A DNA stretch of 64,000 nucleotides from Trichodelitschia bisporula (Eukaryota): contig ML996692.1 of the NCBI GenBank assembly GCA_010356995.1, positions 259,933-323,932 of the forward strand, written 5' to 3'. The notes below the pieces were generated by a model. That model was not told the origin of the DNA, searched no databases, and was given only the letters and a program-made list of their open reading frames with translations. Below, in pieces: positions 1 through 11,214 of this stretch (positions are counted from its first letter, which is position 1; each line of letters begins with the position of its first letter). The position numbers and the translations under genes were made by a program.

Positions 1-67
1 GTGAGTGGGCCTACCTGAAATTGACGAGATGCGATGATTGCTGACCGTGGCCCACCTGGTGGTGTAG

Positions 68-1736
68 AATGTAAGTCATTTGTTACTTTCTGACTTTTGT
101 CACGTCGTGGTGACTAAATATGCAACCAAAAGGTCTGGAGTCCCAAAGAGGACCATGACTTTGCCGCCGAATTCTTGAGGACAGTTCAAACTTTGAATGA
201 GTCTTGTCACGGACCGCGAGATGGGAGTTTGTACTTTCCATTGCTGCGCCAGTGGCTCAAGACGTGTGATGAAGGTCACGAATGCAAGTCGGAGCGACCT
301 TTTTGGCCGACTAGGATCATCTTCATCAATCCCTCGGGTTCCAAGTTAAAGCTCTTGGAGACAAAATTCGAAGAAAACATGTCGGCAGATGCAGGCGGCT
401 ATCTTGCACTTTCACATTGCTGGGGTAAACCAACCGACGAGCAGAAGAAAAAATTCTGCACCACCGCAAACAACCTTGAACTTCGGAAAGTCGGATTCTT
501 TGAAAGTGACTTGCCGAAGACATTTCAACATGCTGTCCAAGTCACGCGAGAGCTCGGGATGAAATATCTTTGGATCGACGCTCTCTGCATTATTCAAACG
601 ATTACAGGCGCAGACACCGAAGACTGGGAGAAAGAAGCTCCCCGCATGGAAATGGTCTTTGGGTCAGCTTACTGTACCCTTGCCGCAAGCTCAGCTGTGG
701 ACTGGGAGAAAGGCTTCCTTGCGCCGAGTTCTGCACGTTATGAAGAAAGCCAATCTGCCTCTGGAGCATCGCGGTATTCTTGCTATGGCCTTGGCCCTAC
801 AGACTTTCTGTGCCATGTGGATGCCGCCCCACTTAATCAAAGAGCCTGGGTGCTGCAAGAAAGAGTGTTATCTCGCCGAACTCTTCATTTTACTGGCAAC
901 TGCACGTACTTTGAGTGTGGCGTTGGCGTATATTGTGAAGACCTTACCAAACACACAAAGTAAGGTTCCATTTGGCTCTTTTTTTTTGGGGGGGTTTTTT
1001 TCCTTTGCAAGTTTGACTAATTAATTTCAGTGGCAGTGTCAGGTCGTACTTTCTTGCGGACCCAGAATTCCCCCTACGGCTCCGTGTCTCGGGCTACAGT
1101 CGCAGCCTTGACTTCCTTCAGTACCTTTTTGTGAAATATGCACAGTCCAAAATCACCAAAGAATCGGATAGGAACATGGCAATTTGGAGCTTGATGGAGC
1201 GAATGGGAAGTATCTTCAGCACTGAGCATAGATACGGTATCTTCAAATCGTTCCGATTTCGGCTCCTTCTCTGGCGACCTGGCCCCGGAAACGACGATGG
1301 GCGACATGTTGTGGATAATCAGGAGTTGCCCTCGTGGTCTTGGATGAGATATTCCCGAATCCGTTTCTCCGACACCACATCTCCGGTTCTCCATGTTCCA
1401 ACGGACGCGGCCTTTGCATTTTCTTATAAGAATCCATGTGTATTGTTCATCCGAGTTAGAAGGCTCAAAGACTGCACAACGGAACACGAAGGAAGAGAAT
1501 GTTCCATTCTGGATGCGAAGGAGGAGCCTGTCGGGTTTGTGTGGTTTGATACTATGACCAGGAGCAACATTTCTTTGCAGGAATGTGTCGTTGCTGGGAG
1601 GGCAGCCAATGATTCTGAGATGATTTACATTTTGCTCGTGGAAGTTTTCTCGAAGAATTCATATAAAAGGGTTGGGGTCGGGAAGATCAAGGCACGCTGT
1701 ATATCCGAAAGATATTGGAACGGAGAGCTTTCCTGA
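68..1736 (+). CDS. HET (heterokaryon incompatibility) domain protein; 5' end lies outside the window
   Basis: HET motifs YLALSHCWG, LPKTFQHAV, YLWIDALCIIQ and RAWVLQERVLS. Exons 68-70(?), 133-959 and 1031-1736; intron 960-1030 (GTAAGG..ACTAA..CAG) joins the two ORFs in frame. Confidence 0.88.
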
Positions 1737-2261
1737 GCTGTCATGGTTGAGAATCTGAAGTGCGATATTGTCACGGCTCACGGCCAAGTGTTAGACGGAT
1801 TCCCATTTGTTACAGCCTTCTGATATTGTAAGTTCCTGTATCACTTCGCGCTCGGTATCTTTGTAGCCGGTATCCGTTAGCGCTCGGGATTGCTTACCTC
1901 CGTTGTCTTGTTTCATCGTATCTTTGGCTCGACGCCATTCCCGTTTCATATTTCCTATATAGTGCGAGTTGCCCACATGGTACACTCGACAGTTCAGTCT
2001 ACGTCAATCAACAGAAACCTTTGTTTCATCTGTTCTCAGCTTCTCCAGTCCAACAGATCACGTCAAGCACACCGGTAAAAGAGCAATGGCAGTATCTCCG
2101 TCACACTGTACACATTCGGGCCTCGAGCCCTGACGCCAGACCAAAAAATGTCGATACATGTGAAAACACCGTAACAGAAAGCGTGCCGCCACTGCCAGAC
2201 GCCGAAAACTCCACACCATGCCGAGCCGAAAGGCTAGAATTAACGATAGCAGACACTGAAT

Positions 2262-5200
2262 TTATTCCATGACCTACAAAAGAGCGTTAGCAGATATCAA
2301 CAACAAGGCTTTGACACAAGAAACACATACCGCCTGAATATCCTGCCTCTTGATCTCTGATTTCTGGTTCTGATTGCGCGAGACCCGGTAATAGTAATCC
2401 GCGACATCGCTGCAATTCATGAAGCGCAAGAATTCCTCGTCGTGCGTGATGACGATGAGCTGGAAGTTGGCCTGCTGCTTGCGGATCTCGATGATCTGTG
2501 ACAAGCTCGACGCAAGGGCCCGGATGTTGTCCCTGTCCAGATTCGTCGTCGGCTCGTCCAGGGCAATCAGGCCGCAGCGCACGCCAAAGCACTCCGCCAG
2601 CGCGAGGCGAATGATGATACTCGCCAGGACCTTCTGCCCCGCGCTACAGCGCCCCCGCATGTCCATCTCCGCGTCCTGCTTGATCATGACAACGCGGTAA
2701 TTGTACGACTTATTCCCCTTCTGCGTCTCATTCTCCGACCGAATCATAATGGTATCGACATCGGTGCCCTGGTACGTGTTCCGCCACAACTCGTCGATGA
2801 TGCGGTTAATCTCCTCCATCTTCATGCTGTGGTACCGCATGATCGCCTTGTCGAGCGCGCCGCCGTACCGGCCCAGGTCGTCTACGGCCGCCCGCGTCAC
2901 CAGCACCCGGATGTGCGCCTCGCGGTACTTGTACGCCGCATCCTTGTAGTCCGTCTCCCATTCCTGCAAAAGCTGTTGCAGCTGGTCGTCCTTGGACTTG
3001 AGCGACCCGACGATGGTGGCCTGGTCCGCGCTGAGCTTGTTGCGCTCCACCTGCCAGCGGCCCGCCTCGCGCTCGTAGCGCTCCTTGTCCGCTTCAGCAT
3101 TATACGCCTCCAGCTCCGCCATTTCGGCGCGGAGCGTCTCGAGGTTCTGCAGATTCTCGCGGTACGTTAGATTATCTGTGATGGCGCGCTGGGTGTCGGA
3201 GCGGTTGCGGATGTCGTCTTCCACCTGCTTGATTGCACGGGTGGTGGTCTTCATCATTTCTTCGATCTTCGGATACACCTTTTCTTGTTCCCGGTTGTCC
3301 TGTATGCTTCGCTGGAGCTGCTCGGGCCCGCCCCGCTCGATGTACGCGTCAATGGCGCGGCTCGCGAGGCGCAGCTGGTGCAAGCTCTCTGACAGCTTGG
3401 ACACTTCGGCAAGCTTCTCGCGCTCGCGCTCCTCGCCCACGCGTCGTGTTTCTTCGAGGGAGGCTTGGGCTTGGGCGATTTGCGGGAGGACGGATTGGAT
3501 TTCCAGGTCGGCTTGCTTGATTTCCTCGCGCTGCTTGGCGCTTTGCACCTTGAGGTCTTCGATCTGTTGTTGAAAGTTGTCCCTCTCCTTGAGTTGGCCG
3601 ATGATGACGCTTAGACGCGACCTTGTGTCACGGACTTCGAGCTCGAGGCTGTTGAGGGCGCGTTGGGCGCGTTCGCGGTCGGTGCGGAGCTGCTGCAGCG
3701 AGGCGTTGATGGCGCGGATCTTCTCTGTTGCCTGCCGTTGATCCGTCTGGATATCCTCGATACTCCGCATCTGATTGTCAGTTCCTTGGGTACGAGCAAG
3801 GTCCTGGATCTGGGACTGAAAGCTGCCGATCTCGGTGTTGTACTTTGCGATACTCTGTACCGTCTTCAACAGAGAGTCGACATCGCGCTTTACGTCGAGC
3901 AGCTCCTTGATGTTGGCATCGTGGTCCTCTAGCTTCGACACAAGGCCTTCGGACAAAGCTTGCAGTCGCTCGCAATCTTTAGTGAGCTCTGGGACCTCCT
4001 TCTCTAGCCGCACGAAGGCGTCATAGTCAGAGCGGACCTTCTTCGCCTCGGTGAACGTTTCTTCGGCGCTCTGCAAGTCATCGCGACGGGTTGTTTCCGC
4101 AGCCTGTTCGATCAATTGGTTGAGCCGCTGGAGGAACTTCGTCTTCGCTTCATCGCCCCTAGCCTTGAAGGGACGGTAGCAGAGCCGACAAGCATTGCTA
4201 TCCTCGGCAACTTTCAATGCTTGCTTATAGTAGTCCTTCATAGACTCGTAGCTGGTGTTGTCGTGCTTCAGTAAGTTGTAGCTGCTCTCGGCCTCTTCGA
4301 GGAACTCAGGGTACGTGGATCCATCGTCACCGACAACCTCGCTCACTCTCATCTTGTGAACTTTCAGGTCTCTCTCCTTCTCCTTAAGATCAGAACTAGC
4401 ATTTCGCAGCTTGAATTGGACTTGCTCGAGCTCGCGGCTGACACCGTCACGCTGAACCTCAGCTTCCTTGACAGCCGACACACGCTCACCAAGGGCGTCC
4501 TGGTATACCGTTTCGAGCGTAGCCGGCGTCCACGAGCGGCCCACAACCTTCGATATCCGATCACCGTGCGCACCAGTCATGGTCTCTAAGCTCCGTTCTC
4601 GGTCCTTAAGCTCCTTGCGGAGAAAATCTAGCCGCGCTGAGTCTTGCGCCCGCCGCATGGCCTCGATGAGTTCCGAGTCGCAAGCATCCTTCTCGTCGTC
4701 CAAAGTCCGGAGCTTGCCTTCCGCTGTACGGATCTGAGCGTCGAATTGTGCGGATTCTTGCTCTGATTTCGCCGCCACAAGTTTCCGCTCCAATTCCACA
4801 ATCGAAGACTCAAACGCAGCCTGGCTGCCCTCGTCGATATCGATCTTGTCGAGCGCCGCCTGGAACTGGCCAATCTTATGGTCGTTCCCGCGGATGATTT
4901 GGCCCGCGCCCGACTTCGATTGGGTTAGCACGGAGCGTCGCTCGCTCAGCCTGTTCAGCGCATCCTGTGCCTTGCGGTACTCCTCGTGCGCCTCGCGTCG
5001 CAGCTGCTCGAGCGCGTTGTTCTGTTCCCGGGCAAGCCGGTCAATCTTCTCCATGAAATCCAGAACATGTGTATCCCTGATGGCAGTCGTCTCGAAGCCG
5101 CGAATGCCATGGCGGCGCGCCAAGTCCCTAATGAGTTCCTCGCGCGACGCGAGCTGCCGCTCATACTCCTCCTTCTCCGCCTTGTATTGGCCAATCAGAC

Positions 5201-6277
5201 TTTGTAGCTCTCCGAGTCGCTTACGACAGCGCTCTAGAGAATATTGATGCCCTTCGTAGCTCTTGCGGAGTTTTTCAATCTCATCGTGGTGGAAGGCCAG
5301 CCGTTCTTCGTACTGCTCCTGCATGGAGCGCAGTTCCTCGTCGGAGTCTTCCATTTCGTGCATGTGCTGTTTGAGCGTACGGATAGTTTTCTCGGCGGCC
5401 TCGGCCTGGATGCGCTTGCCGGCGAGCTCGGTGACGATCTTTTCGAATTTGGCGGCATGGTCCCAGGCGTCCTGGGACTTTTGCGCCGCCTCCTTGATCT
5501 TTGCGCGTAGCTCCTCCTCCTTCGCTCGCAGAGCCTCCATCTCCTCGTACAGCAGCTCCGACTTGCGCTCCGCCTTGGCACCGCGGTCCTTGTTCTCCTT
5601 TGCGTGCTGCTCCTGCAGCTTGTAGTTGGAGAGGTCATCCATCTGCTTCTTCTTGATGATCTTGATGTTCTCCACCGCTTTGGTGTACTTCATGGCCTCG
5701 AAGATTTCGTCAAACTTCTTTTTCAGCTGAGCGGGCTGGGCCATGGGCCATAGACTGTCATCCTGGTGGCAGAAGATAACGGACTCCAAGATCGCCTTGG
5801 AAACACCCAGTCTCTCTGGCATCAATTTGTCAAGATCCAGCACGCGCGTCGTGTATGTGCTCTTCTCCCCACCCGTCGTTGTAATGCTGACCGTAGCATC
5901 CAGCGTTTTCTGGCTGCGTGTCTTGTTTTTGACCGTGAGTTGCACGTGGCGACTCGTGATTATCTTCTCGCCGGATGTGGACGTGAACTGAAGCTTCACT
6001 TGCGCCTTTACTTCATTTTCGCCCGCGAGCTTGGGATCGTGAATCCATGCCCCACCGGCGGTACTGTTGGGCGGAAGCTCGCCGGTGGTGGCATAGCGCA
6101 GCGCTTCAATGATGGTCGTCTTGCCCGCACCATTGTAGCCGACGATGAGTGTGAGTGGGCTGTAGAACTGGATGACCTGGGGGCTGCTGAAAGACCGAAC
6201 ACTGGCGAGGGTTAGCAGGGTGGTAAGACAGGAGGAGAAGCTCACTTTTCTATCAGCAACTTGTCGATCTTAGACAT
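2262..6277 (-). CDS. RAD50: DNA repair protein Rad50 (MRN complex ATPase)
   Basis: First exon MSKIDKLLI (6277-6246); Walker A GYNGAGKTT; long coiled coil; zinc hook CRLC; signature CSAGQ; LDEPTTNLD. Introns 6245-6202 and 2330-2274; last exon VME* ends at 2262. Confidence 0.97.
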
Positions 6278-6808
6278 TTTGACGAGAGAGCGAAAAGTTG
6301 GTCCCTCTCGAGTGCTGTGGAGAGAGGCAAGCGGCGGAGGTTCCGCGTCGTTGTGAACAGGCAGACGGGCTGGCGACACGCCATCATGTGACTGTGGACC
6401 CTTAAAACCTGAGGCATAAGTCACAAGAAGCTAGACCGCCCGAGAATAAGTTACGCGGGGTTCGGTGGCGGCGCCATGGGAAAGTGGATTTTGCGAGCGT
6501 GCCGAGTCATCACTGATGGCTTTCTTGCTTCTTGTGCAGTGCGCATTCCTCTAACTCGCATTTGCGAATCATTGACATCATCACTTTTTCCATCTCTAAC
6601 ACAGTAGCCGCCCTTAGCTCGCTATCGCGTAGTAACACGAGGAGCGAGTACGCCGCCTCTCTCTGCACCACGGTTACAACCTGCCCCCTCCACCAATCCG
6701 CCACTCACACCCCACTCTCCGCTCGTCCCGTCGACGCCATCGATCTCGATCTCAACATGCCCCTCTCCTGAATCCTCCATCTGGAAGCGACGTCTCACCC
6801 CCCCAATC

Positions 6809-8340
6809 ATGTACCAAAACGCCCCTGACCTGCCGCACGGCGTGAGTATCTGCAGATCGCCAACCCCCGCACCTGTCTAACCCCCCCGCCCACAGCTGCC
6901 CCACATGAACCCGTCCGACCTCATCAGGATCCCCGGTATGGACATCGATATGGCCGACCCGGCCCTCGCAATCGACGATCAGGACTTCCAGATGCCGATG
7001 CAGGCTCCCGAGCCGCGCGCCGTGCCTCAGCAGCAGCAACAACAGCAACAACAGCAACAGCAGCATCAATACTCCATGATGGTCCCGGCCGGTCTGTCCG
7101 CGCCCCCAATGTCGGCCTTCGTAATGGGCACGAGTCCCGGCAACGGAGGATCCACCAACACCGCGAGCCCCCTAACCGAGTTTACAAAGCGCAAGAACTG
7201 GACGCGGCTCGTGCTCGAGGAAGTCTGCGACCTGATGCTGATCCTCAGCAACGACGGGCGCATGCTCTACGTTTCCGCGAGTAGCAAGCCGCTCCTCGAA
7301 TACGAAACCAATGAACTATACGGGACTTTCATCGCCGACTATGTCCACGCGGACGACAAGGCCATGTTCCTCAAGGAGTTCAACGAGGGCATTTCCAGCG
7401 GTGGCAAAATCCGCTTCTTCTACCGCTTCCGCAAGCGCAGCGGAACCTACGCCATTCTCGAGGCCCACGGCCACGCGCACAAGGGGCCAGACACCGTCTA
7501 TGGCGGACCACCGCGTTCGCGCCAGCCCTTCGTCTTCATGGTCTCGCGTCCATATCCGACGCGCAACACAGCGCTCCTGGACTCCTTCCTCGAGCACAAG
7601 ATTGAAAATGAGCGTCTGACCAAGCGCATCTCGGAACTCAAGCGCGAAGAGCAGGACGAGCAAGACGACACGGACCAGACTTGGAGCGGCGGGCGCCCAA
7701 CCGCAACCGTGTCGTCGCCGGACACGCTGCGCACCGAGGGCCGCGCTAATAGCGACGCCATGTCTACGTACGACGGCATGCCGCCTCCCAGCAAGCCCGT
7801 GCTGTCCGGTGCGGCCCTAACCCGCCAGAACCTAGACGAAGCGCTGGGTGGTGTCCGGGCCGACAGTATCAGCGACAAGATGGCGCGATACGAGGGCGCA
7901 ACCCCCTCGGAAACGATAGAGATGCTGACAGGCCTGAACTACCAGGACGGCGAGCGCAGCCACGGCATCAGCACAGGCGCAGCCTCACCAGCCCTCATTC
8001 GCGGCGACGTAGGCATCGCCATTCCGCCAGACCGCGAGAGCCGCACGAGTAACGACAAGAAAAAAAAATTGAAGGTTGCGGACGAGTATGTGTGTACGGA
8101 CTGCGGGACGCTGGATTCGCCGGAGTGGCGTAAGGGCCCGAACGGGCCGAAGACGCTGTGTAATGCTTGTGGATGTAAGTTTTTTTTCTCGGTTCGGGGT
8201 GTTTTTGGGTTTGAGTGCTGATGAGGACAGTGCGCTGGGCCAAAAAGGAGAAGAAGCGCCAGACGCACCACCACCCGCCTCACCACACGCAGTCTCTGGA
8301 CCCGAGCAGCGGGAACGGCGGCATGGAGAGCGCATTATAA
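6809..8340 (+). CDS. wc-2: White collar-2-like blue-light/clock transcription factor (PAS domain + GATA zinc finger)
   Basis: EFTKRKNW followed by a PAS domain, [15 protein letters not shown] and [35 protein letters not shown]. Introns ~6842-6895 and 8175-8230. Confidence 0.93.
7027..7063 (+). repeat. CAG/CAA poly-glutamine tract in wc-2
   Basis: About 12 consecutive Gln codons. Confidence 0.9.
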
Positions 8341-9828
8341 GCGCAAGCCTAACCTCGATCTCGACACACATCCCGCGAGTTCCCGCGGTGACCTCACGTC
8401 CCCGCCCCTATTCGGATCATCAAAATGACATCACATCAACCGCGCCGTTCCACCGCGGGCGCCGCACCATGGCGTTGGGACATTATAGTTCATGTATCTA
8501 TCCCCCTCAACGGGCCGGGACTGCCCGGAAGAGAAGCGGGAATGGGCATCATACCGCCTCCGACCGCCAGACTTATTTTGGTTTTCAGGGGCTCAGTTTG
8601 TATGGCGGCGGCCGTGCGCGGAGCAGAATGCCCATTTCTTGTTTTTTAGGCGTTGGGCCGGGCTCGGCGGGCTGGGTACGGATTAATCTTGGGCATAGGT
8701 TAGAGTATGTAAATGATGAGTGACGTCCTGCTCTCGAGTCCACATACTGCACGCTTCGTGTAGCGGGGCGGGGTGTCGCGGGCGGAGCGGAGCGGAATGC
8801 CCTCCGCTCCGCCCGAATCCGCCCCACCGCACCCCACCCGCATGAACTCCCGCGCTTCAAAAATCGCCACACATCCATCACAAGCCCTCCTCGACGCGCA
8901 TGTAATCCCCTCCCCACACCAGGCAACGGCCCGGCCCCGGCCCGGCTTGCTGGGACGTGAGAGGTGAGTCAGCGTGTGCATCCGGGGTTCTGACCGTGGG
9001 ACGATGTTGGGATTTGGAGATGGGGCGGCGGATGATGGCGGGGATTACGATGCGCTTTGCTGATGCCTTCGCTGGGCCGCGCTTACTACGCTACGCTACG
9101 GTCCGCTACGCTTAAGGATGGGAAGTGTGGGGGGTGATATCATTCTGCCCTGATGGCGGGCAAGCGCGACCTCGGACATTGTGCGGGGAAAATGTACCGT
9201 ACCCACACGCTGGTCATGATCGGGAATCGTGCGCATCCGATTCGCGCTCTTGACCGCGCCGGCTTTCACGGTTTACGGTACAACAACGGCGCAAGGAACG
9301 GACGGAAGGAAGGAGAAGTGTATCGTGTAATTCGCCGCGCTGTCTGTCTGGCTAGGGTATATTCCGCCCGGGCCCGTCATCTCTTCCCAAGAAGGAGAAT
9401 GCGAAAGAAGAAGAACGCCCCTAACAATCCAAGGTCCCATCTCCCATCTCCCATCTCCAGGCAATCGCAAAGCCGCAACCCGTTGTGTCCCTAGCGCCCG
9501 ATGCGTGTAATCTGAAGGTCAAAACATGCAATCCGAAAATCCAAGAAGCCCCGTCTTCGCGTATCTCAGCGGCGAGCAAAATGCGCGTGAGAACAAGTCC
9601 AAAGTCCAAGAAGAAGTTCCAAGGATCCATCCAAACCAAGCGAAGACTCGAACGCAAAACCATAGAGAGCCGTAAGCATAATCCTCGTAGTACCATACCC
9701 CAACCAAAATCCGCCTAAAAACGGAGCCCGCAACAAAAACGCGAACCGCCAACGCCAATCCAACCCCATCAAAACCCGTATATCCAATGTAATCCATCTT
9801 GTCGCCGTCCATCTCACCCTCCTCCCTC

Positions 9829-11214
9829 TCACGTCGTAACATGCATCTTCTTCCCCCACCTCAAAAACCTCGTCCGCAACCACGCCATAAACCCCAACCA
9901 CGTACTCTTAGCATTAAGCCTCCCACTCCTCGCCCTCCTCGCCGCCCCATTCCTAAAACCCCCCCCCATACGAGGCGGACTAATCGTATCCACCCGCGCC
10001 GGCAAGCTCCGCGCATGCGCCGGCGTATACGCACTATACGGCTTCCCTGGCACAAACTCCACCTTCTCATTACTCCCCCCCAACGCGCCGGACCCGCCAC
10101 TCCGATGCGTGCTCTTGCTATCCCCCCTCACGCGCCCCCGCCCCGTATCCGAACTGCTCTTCCGCCGAGAGTGCGCCTGTTGCTCGCGCTTAGCCCGTTT
10201 CTTAGCGTCGCGTTCTAGTTTCTTGAGGGATTCTTTTTCGGCCTTGAGGTCTTTAGCTTCTTCGCGCTGCGCGTAGGCGATGCGCATGGCGCGGATGCTG
10301 GTCGCGGGGTCGGGTTCGGGTTCGGCGCCGCGCCCGCGGATGAAAGCCATTGCCCGATCTAGGCTGCTGCGGCTGCTGGGCGACGTCGTGTCCCCTGCGT
10401 TGCTGCGCATGGTGTCGCCGCGCGTGCGCCCGCCAGACGGCAACAAACTCGGCAGACTCGACTGGGAGTGATTCGCCGTGCCGCCGAACGTATACGTGCC
10501 CGAACTCGTGCTCGCGGCATGCAGCCGTGTGAGGCTGGGATTATTCACCGCAGCGCTCGAAATCGGCAACGGGGGCGCATGCGCGGGGATACTGCTTATG
10601 CTCTCGCTCCGTCGCCCCGCGGCGTTCAGCGCTGAGATGCGGAAGGCCAGATCTTCCTCGTCGGCCAGCACGTCCGCGGCCTCGTTGCTCACCTCGCTGC
10701 CTACGACGGAGGTGGTGTAGCTCTTGGCGATGGGCGGGGTGTACGGCCTCGGCGCCTGGCGCAGGGTGTGCGCGAAGGGGACGGCCGGCCGGGCGGAGGT
10801 GGTGCTGAATTGCGATGTATTGCTTGTGGAGCGCGCGTGCCGGCTGGCCGCGGTGGGGGGGAGCATCGGGTCGGAGACGGTGCGGGCGCTGGGCGTGACG
10901 CCGAAGTCGTGGATGCCGAGGCCGGCGGGTGCATCGGCACCGAGAGACTGTTTCCGGAGGTAGGGTTTTATCCTCGGCGGACGGGCGTCTGCGTCGATGT
11001 CGTCGTCGTACGTGACGATTTTGCGGGCGTCGGTGCCGGCGCGCTTGAAGGGTGGGAAGAGGGTGGAGGCTTCGTCTTCGGCGGCGGCGGCGATGGGTGC
11101 TGTGTTTGGCAGCGGGGGGGAGGAGAGCAGGCCTATTGATGAGGCGCTGTTGTCGCGTTTGTGGATGCGGGGAGGGAGGCCGTTGCTCCGGGGCGCACCG
11201 AGGACGGTGGCCAT
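9829..11214 (-). CDS. Uncharacterised Ser/Pro/Arg-rich fungal protein with a C-terminal coiled coil and hydrophobic tail
   Basis: 461-aa ATG-initiated ORF with good context (CACAATG) and gene-like codon use; tail WLGFMAWLRTRF. Confidence 0.8.
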   Translation of the reverse strand: MATVLGAPRSNGLPPRIHKRDNSASSIGLLSSPPLPNTAPIAAAAEDEASTLFPPFKRAGTDARKIVTYDDDIDADARPPRIKPYLRKQSLGADAPAGLGIHDFGVTPSARTVSDPMLPPTAASRHARSTSNTSQFSTTSARPAVPFAHTLRQAPRPYTPPIAKSYTTSVVGSEVSNEAADVLADEEDLAFRISALNAAGRRSESISSIPAHAPPLPISSAAVNNPSLTRLHAASTSSGTYTFGGTANHSQSSLPSLLPSGGRTRGDTMRSNAGDTTSPSSRSSLDRAMAFIRGRGAEPEPDPATSIRAMRIAYAQREEAKDLKAEKESLKKLERDAKKRAKREQQAHSRRKSSSDTGRGRVRGDSKSTHRSGGSGALGGSNEKVEFVPGKPYSAYTPAHARSLPARVDTISPPRMGGGFRNGAARRARSGRLNAKSTWLGFMAWLRTRFLRWGKKMHVTT

